Part shown: positions 1 through 10,204 of the stretch, one piece after another
How positions within the stretch are numbered: position 1 is the stretch's first letter
Layout of the letters: the number at the start of each line of letters is the position of its first letter
From: Alphaproteobacteria bacterium
GTDB taxonomy: Bacteria > Pseudomonadota > Alphaproteobacteria > GCA-2746255
Direction: 5' to 3'
DNA: 64,000 nt
NCBI GenBank assembly: GCA_965249135.1
Contig: OZ252220.1
Span: forward strand, 1,696,001-1,760,000
Position numbers and translations under genes: made by a program
The notes under the pieces: model-generated
What the model was told of the DNA's origin: nothing
The model's input: only the letters and a program-made list of their open reading frames with translations
Databases searched by the model: none

Positions 1-41
1 TTTACCGATGGGCAAGCAAAATGAACATGAAGGTTGATTGA

Positions 42-1988
42 ATGTGTGGGATAGCGGGCTTCGTCGATCTTTCCCGCAGGACGCCCGCCGATCGTTTGGC
101 GGCGACGGTTCGGCGAATGGCGCTATCCCTTCGCCACCGCGGCCCCGATGATGAGGGCGCCTGGATCGAAGCCGAGGCCGGCGTGGCCCTTGGCCACCGG
201 CGGTTGTCGATTCTGGATCTTTCACCGGCCGGCCATCAGCCGATGGAATCCAAAAACGGGCGCTACATCCTCTCTTATAACGGCGAAGTCTATAATTTTT
301 CGGAACTCCGCGCTGAACTCGAGGGAAAGGGCGTCGTTTTCCGTGGCCACTGCGATACGGAAGTCATCGTCGAAGCCATCGCAACCTGGGGAATTACCGC
401 CACGCTTCCGCGCCTCATCGGAATGTTTGCTTTTGCGATTTGGGATCGCGAGACGCGCACCCTTACCCTAGCGCGCGATCGGATGGGAATTAAACCACTC
501 TACTGGGCGCACCAGGAAAACCTGTTTCTTTTCGCATCCGAGTTGAAGGCCTTCTATGCTCACCCAGACTTCCGGGTGGAGGTAAATCGTGATTCGCTTA
601 CTTCTTTTCTGCGTCACAATTATATCCCTGCCCCACACAGCATTTACCACAATACCTTCAAGCTAATGCCGGGGACGATGTTGACGCTTCGTTCGGGTGG
701 AAAGCCGGAGCTTTCCACTTGGTGGAATCTTCGTGAAATTGCTGGAAAGACGCTGCAAGCGCGTCCCGAGTGGGAGGAAGAGGAAGCGCTCGATGCACTG
801 GATACGCTTCTTAGGGATGCGGTGAAGCGTCGGATGGTTGCCGACGTTCCCCTCGGTGCTTTTCTTTCGGGCGGCATCGATTCCTCGACCATTACCGCCC
901 TTATGCAGGCGCAGAGCGAAAGGCCGATTCGAACCTTTACAATTGGCTTCCACGAGGAGGCATACAACGAAGCGGGGAATGCCAAGAAAGTTGCCGAGCA
1001 TCTGGGAACCGAGCATACGGAACTCTATGTGGAGCCCCGTGATGCGCTTGATGTCATCCCGAAGCTTCCTCTGATCTACGACGAGCCCTTCGCCGATTCT
1101 TCACAAATTCCTACTTTCCTGGTTTCCGAACTGACCCGAAATCATGTGACGGTTGCCCTTTCCGGAGATGGGGGCGATGAGCTTTTTGCAGGCTACAATC
1201 GCTATTTTTGGGCGGAGGCCCTTTGGCGAAAACTGCAACTCCTGCCGAAGCCTGCACGAAGAGGAATGGCGATGATCCTCCACGCCCTTCCGCCGGCACA
1301 CTGGGATCGGATTTTTGGGATCGTGCCGTCCCGTCTTCGCCCGCGTCTTGCGGGGGATAAGCTTCACAAATTAGCCGACTTGTTTGCGCTTTCGGATCGT
1401 GACGCGCTTTACCGTAAATTGCTTACCCATTGGGATGCACCGGCTTCTCTCGTACATGGTGGGAAGGAACCGACCGGCATTCTCTGGGACACGGACCTGG
1501 CGAATGAGTTTCCGGATTTTACGGAGCGCATGCAGTTTCTTGATTCCGTCACCTACCTTCCGGACGACATCCTAACGAAGGTGGATCGTGCCAGCATGCA
1601 GGTCGGTTTGGAGGCGCGCGTTCCCTTGCTTGATCATCGTGTCGTTGAATTTGTCTGGCGGCTGCCGGGGACCATGAAAGTCCGCAAGGGCAAAGGAAAG
1701 TGGCTGCTGCGTCAGATTCTTGACCGCTACGTTCCGAAGGCACTGGTCGAACGGCCGAAAATGGGGTTCGGCGTACCGATCGATTCTTGGCTTCGCGGAC
1801 CCCTGAGGGACTGGGGAGAAACCTTGCTGGCGGAACGTCGCTTGCGAGAAGAGGGGTTCTTCAAGCCTGAGCCCATTCGTAGGAAGTGGCAGGAACATCT
1901 TAGCGGCAAGCGAAACTGGCAGTACCTTCTTTGGGACGTGCTGATGTTTCAGGCTTGGCTCGAACACACGGGCGCATCACGTAGATGA
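42..1988 (+). CDS. asnB: Asparagine synthase (glutamine-hydrolysing) family amidotransferase
   Basis: N-terminal MCGIAG (Ntn Cys), HRRLSILDLS, YNGEVYN, FLSGGIDSS, LSGDGGDELFAGY, EARVPLLDH. Confidence 0.95.
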   Translation: MCGIAGFVDLSRRTPADRLAATVRRMALSLRHRGPDDEGAWIEAEAGVALGHRRLSILDLSPAGHQPMESKNGRYILSYNGEVYNFSELRAELEGKGVVFRGHCDTEVIVEAIATWGITATLPRLIGMFAFAIWDRETRTLTLARDRMGIKPLYWAHQENLFLFASELKAFYAHPDFRVEVNRDSLTSFLRHNYIPAPHSIYHNTFKLMPGTMLTLRSGGKPELSTWWNLREIAGKTLQARPEWEEEEALDALDTLLRDAVKRRMVADVPLGAFLSGGIDSSTITALMQAQSERPIRTFTIGFHEEAYNEAGNAKKVAEHLGTEHTELYVEPRDALDVIPKLPLIYDEPFADSSQIPTFLVSELTRNHVTVALSGDGGDELFAGYNRYFWAEALWRKLQLLPKPARRGMAMILHALPPAHWDRIFGIVPSRLRPRLAGDKLHKLADLFALSDRDALYRKLLTHWDAPASLVHGGKEPTGILWDTDLANEFPDFTERMQFLDSVTYLPDDILTKVDRASMQVGLEARVPLLDHRVVEFVWRLPGTMKVRKGKGKWLLRQILDRYVPKALVERPKMGFGVPIDSWLRGPLRDWGETLLAERRLREEGFFKPEPIRRKWQEHLSGKRNWQYLLWDVLMFQAWLEHTGASRR

Positions 1989-2048
1989 ACATGGCGACGA
2001 AGGCGCCGAGTGGACGGCCGTTCGTTCGGCTGAAGGACGTGGTTTAAG

Positions 2049-2780
2049 TCAGAATTTCTCTGCCCAAGGGCGCAGATCCACTTCCAGTGACCAAGCACTC
2101 CGGTGTTGGCGGTAAAGCTGAAGGTAGGTCTCGGCAATGGCATCGGGATGAAGAACGGAATCCGGGCCCCGCTCATCCTCCCGGTAGCCTTCCCGGTCCG
2201 CCCGGATTTGTCCGTCGATGACGACATGGGCGACGTGGATTCCTTGCGGGCCCAACTCCCGTGCCATGCTTTGGGCCAGCGCCCGAAGCCCAAATTTGCC
2301 CACGGCCAAGTTATGAAACAAGGCACCTCCCCGAAGGCTTGCCGTCGCACCGGTGAAAAGAATGGTGCCCCGTGGGCCTTCGTTTCCCTGATCTTTCAAC
2401 ATTCGCTTCGCCGCCTCCCGGCCAACCAGGAACCCACCCAGGCAACCGATCCTCCAGCAACGCTCGAACTCTTCGCTCTCGGTCTCGAGGATGCTCTTTC
2501 TCACGAAGGCGCCGGCGTTAAAGATGACGCAATCCGGCTCTCCGAAATCGCTCGCAACCGAGTCGAAAAGTTGCACCACCTGCTTCTCATCCGTCGTATC
2601 GCAGGCATAGGCCTTTCCCGGCCCGCCCAGCCCTGCCAACTCACCCGCAAGCGGTGCGATACGATCCTCGCGCCGCGCGGCCAGGGCGACACGAAAGCCT
2701 TCGCGCGCGAAGCGCCGCCCAAGGGCGGCGCCAAGTCCGGGACCAACGCCAATGACGACGGCGATTTTTCCTTCGACCAT
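2049..2780 (-). CDS. SDR family NAD(P)-dependent oxidoreductase
   Basis: VIGVGPGLG Rossmann motif, FNAG, TGATASLRG, HVAHVVIDG; start moved to ATG 2780 (MVEGKIAV) inside ORF 2049..3026. Confidence 0.9.
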   Translation of the reverse strand: MVEGKIAVVIGVGPGLGAALGRRFAREGFRVALAARREDRIAPLAGELAGLGGPGKAYACDTTDEKQVVQLFDSVASDFGEPDCVIFNAGAFVRKSILETESEEFERCWRIGCLGGFLVGREAAKRMLKDQGNEGPRGTILFTGATASLRGGALFHNLAVGKFGLRALAQSMARELGPQGIHVAHVVIDGQIRADREGYREDERGPDSVLHPDAIAETYLQLYRQHRSAWSLEVDLRPWAEKF

Positions 2781-2933
2781 GGTGACCCTCCCTTTGCTCT
2801 CTGACCCGGTCTTGCGTGTTTTTGAGTCTAGCCTCGTGGGAAGCCCTAGGCCATGCATCCGGATCGCTTGGGAAAAAGATGAAAGATGGGGTAAGCTTGG
2901 GAACGGGGGATATTCTGGGAAGGAGCGTGCAAA

Positions 2934-3137
2934 ATGAGCAACAGCATGAAGGGCTTGGCCCTTATCGTCATCGGCGTGCTCGTCAATAATGTTAGCTACC
3001 TTTATGACCTCATCATCGATGCCCATGAAGGCTGGATCTTCCTTGGGGTGAAGGCGCAGGCGGGTGCCGCCCTTGGCATCGTTGCGGTCGTTATTGGGCT
3101 TTTCCTGATTTGGCAGGAATCGCAGAAGACTGCCTAG
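2934..3137 (+). CDS. Small two-TM membrane protein, unknown function
   Basis: 67 aa, two hydrophobic segments, AAGGAG RBS upstream. Confidence 0.7.
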   Translation: MSNSMKGLALIVIGVLVNNVSYLYDLIIDAHEGWIFLGVKAQAGAALGIVAVVIGLFLIWQESQKTA

Positions 3138-3230
3138 AGGGCAAAGGAAGAAGGCGTTCGTCTGAGAGCGGTTTCGGCTTTTAGACTTAAGGTCAAGCGG
3201 GATGGCTGTCTTTGCCGGCGGCCTGCTCGG

Positions 3231-3554
3231 TTAGCCGGATGTGGGCAAATCGTAACTCTCCATGCATAGGGCGTAAGTTCGGTTGAATGCCTGTCGCGCC
3301 CGGATGCCCAGATCTCTTTCGGCTTTCCGTAGCTTCCGTTCTTCCCTGACGAAGCGAAGACGCTCTTCTTGCGCTTTCATTATACAATAGGCGGCGACTT
3401 GGTCCCGATATTCCTCGTCGGATGGGGTGACTTGCGTACCGGATGGGGTGGCTTCCATCGATTCGCACGCCGTAAGAAGCGAAAACGCGAGCAGAATTCC
3501 CAGAGCGCAGCCCAACATTCGGGAGCCTGGAAAAAACGGTTGTTTTCTGGTCAT
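3231..3554 (-). CDS. Hypothetical lipoprotein
   Basis: Basic N-terminus, hydrophobic stretch and lipobox LLTAC; helical body with two further Cys. Confidence 0.65.
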   Translation of the reverse strand: MTRKQPFFPGSRMLGCALGILLAFSLLTACESMEATPSGTQVTPSDEEYRDQVAAYCIMKAQEERLRFVREERKLRKAERDLGIRARQAFNRTYALCMESYDLPTSG

Positions 3555-3804
3555 GGCGGTGGGATGATTTCAGTGGTTGGTTTTTAAGGATTAGGAATAT
3601 GAAAGGCGTTTCTGTCAACTCACCTCCGATCTTGTGTGGGTTATTTCCTTATTCGTGAAGGCTGCAAAACGATCTTTTTTTCGCCCCGGCGGCTCCGTTC
3701 CTTACTTCCTTAAGTTCACGGAATTTTGTCCTTTAAATCGGCAAGATACACGCCATCTCGCCAGTCATGGAGGAGGGTTTGTGTGAAGGCGATTGGAGAG
3801 GGCC

Positions 3805-4932
3805 ATGCACGCGAAGCTTGAGCACATGGAGCAATACGAGCCGAAAACGTTAGATTGTCACGTGCGGGATGTGACCGACGCAGCTCGCGTCTTTTCCGAT
3901 TTCGATGGCCACGAACGCGTGCTGGTGGCGAAGGGTCCGGCGAGCGGTTTGCATGCCGTGATCGCCATTCATGACCGAACGCTGGGTCCCGCCCTTGGCG
4001 GATGCCGGATGTGGGCCTACGCTTCGGAGGAAGCGGCGGTCACGGATGCGCTTCGTCTTTCCCGTAGCATGACGTTCAAGGCGGCCCTGGCGGGCTTACC
4101 CCTTGGCGGTGGCAAGGCGATCCTGATCGGCGATCCGAAACGCGAGAAGACGGAAACCCCCTTCCGTTCCTTTGGACGCTTCGTGGAGGCGCTCCAGGGC
4201 CACTACATCACGGCGGAAGACGTCGGCACCTCCGTTCGCGAGATGGACTGGGTGGCGATGGAGACGGCCCACGTCACCGGTTCCAGCCAGACCGGCGGCA
4301 ATCCATCCCCGATGACGGCCCTTGGCGTCTTCTTGGGCATGAAAATCGCGGCACGGCATCGCCTGGGCCGAGAGAGCCTTGCGCGGCTCAAAGTTTCCGT
4401 GCAGGGGCTTGGCTATGTGGGCTACGCGCTTTGCAAGCTGCTTCACCGGGAGGGCGCCTTGCTCGTCGCCACCGATCCGGATGCCGAGGCCTGTGCGCGT
4501 GCCGCCCGTGATCTCGACGCCGAAATCGTTGAGCCGGATGCGATTCATGAAACGGAGACGGACGTCTTTGCCCCATGCGCCCTTGGCGCCATCTTACGGG
4601 ACGAAACGATCCCGAAGCTTCGTTGCAAGGTCGTGGCGGGTTCCGCCAACAATCAATTACAGGCGGATCGCCACGGCGAAGCCCTTCGTGCACGCGGCAT
4701 CCTCTATGCGCCGGACTATGTCGTCAATGTTGGCGGGCTGATGTATGTGGCGGCGGGGGTGCTGGCCGGGCCGCTCGGTCGCGACATCAAGACGGCGATT
4801 GAGCAAGCGATCAAGATCCTCGACGAAATCTTCACGCGGGCCGAACGGGAAGGGAAGGCAACGAATGTGATTGCCGATCGCGTCGCCCGAGAACGGCTGG
4901 CCAGGGCCAGGGCCGCTCCCGACGGCCTTTAA
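3805..4932 (+). CDS. Glu/Leu/Phe/Val dehydrogenase family (leucine dehydrogenase-like)
   Basis: GPALGGCRM, MTFKAA, GGGKA, TAEDVGT, QGLGYVG, PCALG, GSANNQL, YAPDYVVN; ATG 3805 follows GGAGAGG. Confidence 0.92.
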   Translation: MHAKLEHMEQYEPKTLDCHVRDVTDAARVFSDFDGHERVLVAKGPASGLHAVIAIHDRTLGPALGGCRMWAYASEEAAVTDALRLSRSMTFKAALAGLPLGGGKAILIGDPKREKTETPFRSFGRFVEALQGHYITAEDVGTSVREMDWVAMETAHVTGSSQTGGNPSPMTALGVFLGMKIAARHRLGRESLARLKVSVQGLGYVGYALCKLLHREGALLVATDPDAEACARAARDLDAEIVEPDAIHETETDVFAPCALGAILRDETIPKLRCKVVAGSANNQLQADRHGEALRARGILYAPDYVVNVGGLMYVAAGVLAGPLGRDIKTAIEQAIKILDEIFTRAEREGKATNVIADRVARERLARARAAPDGL

Positions 4933-4944
4933 GCATCTAAAAGC

Positions 4945-5021
4945 TGGCGTCCCCGGCGGGATTCGAACCCACGACCCCGAGATTAGGAATCTCGTGCTCT
5001 ATCCTGCTGAGCTACGGGGAC
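4945..5021 (-). tRNA. tRNA-Arg(CCT)
   Basis: Reverse complement GTCCCCGTAGCTCAG..GAGATT-CCT-AATCTC..GTTCGAATC..GGGGACGCCA, 77 nt with encoded CCA. Confidence 0.97.
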
Positions 5022-5085
5022 TTAAGCATCTATAGCAGCGCGAAGGCTTCGAAAAAGCAATGGGCCTGTTCGGCCTGTTTCGCGG

Positions 5086-5631
5086 CTACCAATGGCGGAT
5101 GAAGCGAGCGACCGGGACCGCGTAGAAAAGGACGATCGATTCCTCGCCCGGGTTGCGGTTGCCGACGGACGCGTTCGAGAGGTGGAAGAGGCCGGCGCTA
5201 AGCCGCGAGCGGTCGTTGAACCGGTAGCCAAGCTCAAGTCCTGAGCGAAACTCGAGGATGCTGCCCAGGTCCTTGCCGCTGCCTTCCTCGTAGAGCCCGA
5301 TGGCGGTGCTGGGGCTTAGGACCCAGCGGCGCCCGAAGAAGAGATCGATCCGAAGGCCCGCATAGCCGTAAATGGCACCGTCCGTCGACACCATGAGGCC
5401 GCCATGGGGCTTGAAGATCCAGAGCCGCCGGTTCGAGCGGTATTCGAAGTTGAACTGCCCCGCCGTGTCGTCGTCGAGGGCATCGAAGGCGCCCAAGCCA
5501 AGGGCGATGAAGGTGGGTTCGCGATCGACGACCTCGAGGACCTGGGCCCTTCCCTCGCGAGGGCCGAGCAGCCAGAAGCTGGCCAGCAGGAGGACGAGGC
5601 CAAACGGTCGAAAGGCGAGCAAGGCGCGCAT
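5086..5631 (-). CDS. Acyloxyacyl hydrolase / PagL-like lipid A deacylase outer-membrane beta-barrel
   Basis: Signal peptide, alternating beta-strand pattern, KDLG..EFRSG, H-L-S-N-A..NPG-E catalytic motif; start MRALLAF at 5631. Confidence 0.85.
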   Translation of the reverse strand: MRALLAFRPFGLVLLLASFWLLGPREGRAQVLEVVDREPTFIALGLGAFDALDDDTAGQFNFEYRSNRRLWIFKPHGGLMVSTDGAIYGYAGLRIDLFFGRRWVLSPSTAIGLYEEGSGKDLGSILEFRSGLELGYRFNDRSRLSAGLFHLSNASVGNRNPGEESIVLFYAVPVARFIRHW

Positions 5632-5888
5632 GTGGTTCCCACCCCGGGACAAGTTTTTCGGGATTGTTTCGGGAACCGGAGGCATACGCAAGCCTTTTGC
5701 GGCGGCCTCTTAACCACGGTCCGCAAACGTCTCTGTCGACTGAACGAGCGCCTTGAGGATACCGGGCTCTTGGGCGATGTGGCCCGCCTTTTCCACCACC
5801 CGGCAGGCGGCGCCGGGCCAAGGATCGGCAGGCGCGACGGTCGTGTGAGCCGGGCGGAATAAAGCCGTTCGCTTGCTATACTGTCTGG

Positions 5889-6680
5889 ATGGTGCCACGC
5901 CTTTCCTTTCTTTTCCTGCTTTTCTTCCTTTCCGGTCCCCTTTCGGTCGCTTCCGCAGAACAAGCCGGTACACAGGGCGTCGTCCGCGAGGTCGTGGATG
6001 GAGACACGCTCGTCCTTGAAAACGGTGATGCCGTTCGGTTGGTCGGGATTCAATCCCCGAAGCTACCGCTGGGCCGGGCAAATTTTCAGGCTCAGCCGCT
6101 GGCGGAAGAAGCAAAGGCGGTGCTTGGCAAGCTCGTCCTTGGAAAGGAAGTGGTTTTACGTTTTTCTGGCCGCCGTGAGGATCGTCACGGACGTCACCTC
6201 GCCCACCTTTTCATTGGCGATGGAAAAAGGGGCGACGGACAATGGATCCAGGGCGCGATGCTGGAACGTGGCCTCGCCCGTGTTTACAGCTTTGCCGACA
6301 ACCGGACGCACATTCCTAAGATGTTGGCGCTTGAGCGCAACGCGCGAAAGCAAAAGCGCGGCATATGGGCGCATCCATTTTACCGGGTGCTGGATCCGGA
6401 GGCAACGCTTGCGCGTCTCAACCGCTTCGAACTCGTCGAGGGCAGGGTGCAAAAGGCATCCGTCGTGAAGGGCCGCGGCTATCTAAATTTCGGGAAGGAT
6501 TGGCGAGACGACTTCACGATCTTCGTTTCGCGGAAAGTGCGCCGCCTCTTCGAGCGCGAAGGAATCGATATCACGGCCTATACCGGCAAGCGCGTTCGTG
6601 TGCGCGGGTGGGTGACACGCTTTAACGGTCCGATGATCGAAGCGACGCATCCCGAACAGATCGAGGTGCTGGCCGAATGA
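5889..6680 (+). CDS. Secreted thermonuclease (SNase) family protein with C-terminal OB-like domain
   Basis: Signal peptide, VVDGDT, VRLVGIQSP, DRHGRHLA, GLARV, ARKQKRGIW. Confidence 0.9.
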   Translation: MVPRLSFLFLLFFLSGPLSVASAEQAGTQGVVREVVDGDTLVLENGDAVRLVGIQSPKLPLGRANFQAQPLAEEAKAVLGKLVLGKEVVLRFSGRREDRHGRHLAHLFIGDGKRGDGQWIQGAMLERGLARVYSFADNRTHIPKMLALERNARKQKRGIWAHPFYRVLDPEATLARLNRFELVEGRVQKASVVKGRGYLNFGKDWRDDFTIFVSRKVRRLFEREGIDITAYTGKRVRVRGWVTRFNGPMIEATHPEQIEVLAE

Positions 6681-6764
6681 TTAACCTCCGGCCTGGTCTT
6701 GACCGGGGGTTGGAGAAATGGTGATTTTGAAAAGCGGGCGTACGGGAGGAGCCGCAATGACGCC

Positions 6765-7292
6765 TTAGGCGACGACCTGCAGATTATCCTCGATCTTCCG
6801 TGTGGCTCCCGCTTCGTCCAGATTCTCAACGGCCGCTACCTCTCGGGACAGCCGTTCGAAGGCGAGTTCATAAATCTGGCGCTCGCTGTAGGACTGATCC
6901 GGTTGGCCGACGTTGCGATGGAGGTCGCGAAGGACCTCTGCGATCGAAGTCGGATCGCCGGAATTGATCTTCATTTCGTATTCCTGCGCGCGCCGGCTCC
7001 ACATCGTACGACGGATGCGTGCCTTGCCACGCAGGATCCGAAGCGCGCCCCGGATTTCCTCACGGCTTGAGAGCTTGCGAAGGCCGGAGTCTTCCGCCTT
7101 TGCGACCGGCACGCGAAGCGTCATCTTTTCCTTTGGGAACTTGATGACGAAGACCTTCAGCTTGATCTCGGCGATTGCCTGATTCTCGACAGCCGTAATC
7201 TTGCCGACGCCATGGGCCGGGTAGACGACGAAGTCGCCCTTCCCATAGGCGCGTGTCTTCCGTTTCGATTTTGCGCGTACTTTTCTTGCCAT
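6765..7292 (-). CDS. carD: CarD/CdnL family transcription regulator
   Basis: VVYPAHGVG, MWSRRAQEYEMKINSG, QSYSERQIYE; ATG 7292. Confidence 0.93.
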   Translation of the reverse strand: MARKVRAKSKRKTRAYGKGDFVVYPAHGVGKITAVENQAIAEIKLKVFVIKFPKEKMTLRVPVAKAEDSGLRKLSSREEIRGALRILRGKARIRRTMWSRRAQEYEMKINSGDPTSIAEVLRDLHRNVGQPDQSYSERQIYELAFERLSREVAAVENLDEAGATRKIEDNLQVVA

Positions 7293-7454
7293 TCCGATCC
7301 TTTTCCTCGGTCGGCTCCCATTTAGGGCGAACGAAACCCCGGAATCGCGGTCTTCGAACCGCACCCGGGGCCAGAAGTCTTTGGAATGCAACAGAATAGC
7401 ACAAAATTCGGCAAAAGGACAGTCGCCTTGCCGTTCCGTGGATTCTGTTATAAA

Positions 7455-7467
7455 AATCAGTGACTTA
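7455..7467. promoter_or_regulatory. Candidate IHF binding site
   Basis: AATCAGTGACTTA matches WATCARNNNNTTR, in the AT-rich gap upstream of carD. Confidence 0.35.
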
Positions 7468-7496
7468 ATGTTTTCCGGGTAGCCGTCCCGGCACGC

Positions 7497-7835
7497 TTAA
7501 TCCCCCTCGCCGGGGTTGGCGCTGAAATGTTCCTCAAATTTGTTCGGGACGTCCTTCCAGTCGTCGGCATCCGGCAGCTGGTCCTTTTTCTTCGTGATGT
7601 TCGGCCAGGTTTTTGCATATTCCGTATTTAATTCCAGCCACTTAGCGGTATCCCCCTCGCTGTCGGGCACGATGGCCTCGGCCGGGCATTCCGGCTCGCA
7701 TACGCCGCAGTCGATGCATTCATCCGGGCTGATGGCGAGCATGTTTTCACCCTCGTAGAAGCAATCGACGGGGCATACTTCGACGCAGTCCGTATATTTG
7801 CACTTGATGCAGGCTTCCGTGACGACATAAGGCAT
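7497..7835 (-). CDS. fdxA: 7Fe ferredoxin FdxA
   Basis: [18 protein letters not shown] and [12 protein letters not shown]. Confidence 0.96.
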   Translation of the reverse strand: MPYVVTEACIKCKYTDCVEVCPVDCFYEGENMLAISPDECIDCGVCEPECPAEAIVPDSEGDTAKWLELNTEYAKTWPNITKKKDQLPDADDWKDVPNKFEEHFSANPGEGD

Positions 7836-7906
7836 GGCGGTTTCCCCTCCCCATGGACGCCCTCGGCCCGATGGATCGGTTTTTTAAGAAGATTCGAATC
7901 GAGGAC

Positions 7907-8383
7907 TTACTCCGGACTTTGGTTTTCGTCAATACCAAGTCGGCTTAAGACCCGCTTGCGCGCCCCGCCCCTTTCCTGGTCGGACACGTAGAGAAGACCG
8001 CCGATCCGGCGAAGCAGACTCGCCTCGAAGTCATCGAGTTTGCCGTCTGCATAGACAACCTCCCATAGCATTTCGATCAGCTCAATGCGTTCCTCGTGGG
8101 GCAAGACGTCTTTTGCGATTTTCGTGAAGCGATGGAGGTTGTTGGGACCTTCTGCCCACTCCCGCACTTTTTCGAAGAGCGCGGTCGCTTCTTCCTCCGT
8201 AAGTGTGAAACGCGATCGAAGCAGTTTCAGGATCTGTGTTTGCTCGCGCGCATCGAAGTGACCATCGAAGAGGGCGGCTTCGATCAGGAGTGCTGCGATC
8301 GCCGTCTGCAGCGGGTCGTCCGTTTTGAGAACGGCATCCTGCTCGTCCGAGGATTCGAAAAGTTTGCGGATGTGTTTCAGCAT
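7907..8383 (-). CDS. TerB-like family protein
   Basis: ALLIEAALFDG..E and LWEVVYADGKLDDFE duplicated motifs. Confidence 0.85.
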   Translation of the reverse strand: MLKHIRKLFESSDEQDAVLKTDDPLQTAIAALLIEAALFDGHFDAREQTQILKLLRSRFTLTEEEATALFEKVREWAEGPNNLHRFTKIAKDVLPHEERIELIEMLWEVVYADGKLDDFEASLLRRIGGLLYVSDQERGGARKRVLSRLGIDENQSPE

Positions 8384-8401
8384 GGTGTTTGTTTGCTCGG
8401 C

Positions 8402-10132
8402 TCAGTCGCCAAGGGCTGTCCCTTCACGTCTGGGGTCGGCGCCGCCGACCAGTTGCTCTTTCTTGCGTTCGATGCCATTGAGGCCGCTCGTCAGGCCATG
8501 AAAGATAATCTCATGGCCGAGCGTTTCAAGGGCCGGCCCGATTGCCCGCAGATCCGTTCCCTCCTCGAGCTCCGTGCTTTGGTTGCGGTTCGCGAAGTTC
8601 GGCAGTTCGATCGCCTCCTGGATTCCTTTCTCCCAGTCGAGCACCGCCACGAGTGTCTTGAGAACGAAGGCGATGATATAGGGACCGCCGGGCGAGCCGA
8701 TCGATAGCCGAAACCGACCGTCCGGATCGAACACAAGAGTCGGCGTCATCGAACTCCGCGGGCGTTTTCCTGGCTGGACCCGGTTGGCGACGGACTTGCC
8801 GCCCCGCTCCGGAGTGAAGGCGAAATCCGTCAATTCATTGTTCAGCAGAAACCCATTCACCATCAGGCGTGACCCGAAGGCGTTTTCGATGCTGGCCGTG
8901 AGCGCGACGGCGTTTCCTTGCCTATCGACGACACTTAGATGGGTGGTCGAAAGCGGCTCCGGCGTAAGACCGGAAGCCTTTGCCGGGCGGCCCTCACCGA
9001 CGGTCCCCGGCAGGGCACGTCCCAGGCTCTTCACCGATGAAATGCGGCTCGCCCGCCGGGCGAGATAGGCGGTGTCCAGCATCGCTTCAACCGGCTGCGG
9101 AACGAAATCGGGGTCGGCGAGGTAATGATCGCGGTCCGCGAAGGCGAGCCGGCTTGCCTCGACCATGAGATGAACGGCCTCGACGGAGCCCGGCGCGAGC
9201 GCGCCAAGATCGAAGGATTCCAGCATGCCAAGAATTTGAAGAAGCGTAACGCCACCCGAGGTCGGCGGCCCCATCGTGCAGAGGCGCACGCCTCGGTAGT
9301 TCCGGCAGACGGGACCGCGCCGGACGGCGCGGTAGGCACCGATATCCGCAGCCGTCATTTGGCCTGGGTTGCGCCCTGCCGTGGTTACCGCCTTGGCGAT
9401 GGCTTCGGCGATTTCACCCTCGTAGAAGGCCACCGCCCCATGCTCGGCGAGAAGGCGAAACGTTTTCGCAAGGGCCGGGTTCCGCAACATCGTTCCGACA
9501 GCCTTCGCGGTTCCATCCGCGTTCAGGAAATACTTCGCCGTTGGCTTGAAGACGTCCAGATGCTTGGCCGATGCGATGATGTCGTGCAGCCGTTTTGAAA
9601 TCGGGAAACCGTTTTCCGCATGACGGATGGCCGGTGCAAACAGGTGCTTCCAGGGAAGTTTCCCATGTTCCCCATGCGCAAGCTCGAACATGCGGATCAA
9701 TCCCGGAACGCCAATGGCGCGGCCGCCGACGGCAGCCTCGTAAAATGAAAGTGGTTTACCGGCTTCGTCGAGAAAGAGGTTTTCATCGACGCCAGCGGGA
9801 GCGGTTTCCCGGCCGTCATAGGTTTCAACTTGACCGGCCTTTTTCGCGTAGTGAACGAGGAAGCCACCGCCACCGATGCCGGAGGATTGCGGTTCGACGA
9901 GTGTCAGGACAAGCGCCGTCGCGATCGCGGCGTCGACGGCGCTGCCACCTTCGCGAAGGATATCAAAGCCCGCTTCTGCGGCGAGCGGATGCGCCGCCAC
10001 CACCATGTGGTGAGCAGGCGTGCTTTCGTCGGAAACGTTGCCGGCGCCTTCGCCAAACAGGATCGTGACAACGACGGCGCACATCGCCGCCAGAAGCAAT
10101 AAGCCGATCAGAAGGCGAGGACGATAGTGCAT
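8402..10132 (-). CDS. ggt: Gamma-glutamyltransferase
   Basis: EPQSSGIGGG, DGRETAP, TTHLSVVD (catalytic Thr), NNELTDF, PGKRPRSSMTP, GSPGG, GADPRREG. Confidence 0.96.
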   Translation of the reverse strand: MHYRPRLLIGLLLLAAMCAVVVTILFGEGAGNVSDESTPAHHMVVAAHPLAAEAGFDILREGGSAVDAAIATALVLTLVEPQSSGIGGGGFLVHYAKKAGQVETYDGRETAPAGVDENLFLDEAGKPLSFYEAAVGGRAIGVPGLIRMFELAHGEHGKLPWKHLFAPAIRHAENGFPISKRLHDIIASAKHLDVFKPTAKYFLNADGTAKAVGTMLRNPALAKTFRLLAEHGAVAFYEGEIAEAIAKAVTTAGRNPGQMTAADIGAYRAVRRGPVCRNYRGVRLCTMGPPTSGGVTLLQILGMLESFDLGALAPGSVEAVHLMVEASRLAFADRDHYLADPDFVPQPVEAMLDTAYLARRASRISSVKSLGRALPGTVGEGRPAKASGLTPEPLSTTHLSVVDRQGNAVALTASIENAFGSRLMVNGFLLNNELTDFAFTPERGGKSVANRVQPGKRPRSSMTPTLVFDPDGRFRLSIGSPGGPYIIAFVLKTLVAVLDWEKGIQEAIELPNFANRNQSTELEEGTDLRAIGPALETLGHEIIFHGLTSGLNGIERKKEQLVGGADPRREGTALGD

Positions 10133-10204
10133 GGCTTAGCCTTTCGATAAAATGCCTCAACCCTATCTTGCATGGACCATTTTCCTGAGACAAGGACCAA
10201 GCGC

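Noticed and set aside
3767-3853. Short upstream ORF overlapping the dehydrogenase start as a leader peptide
   Set aside because: It has no run of Leu/Val/Phe codons, no RBS of its own and no attenuator hairpin.
5086-8383. Nuclease plus TerB-like gene as an anti-phage system
   Set aside because: The nuclease is a secreted SNase, the genes are not co-oriented, and core carD-fdxA lies between them.
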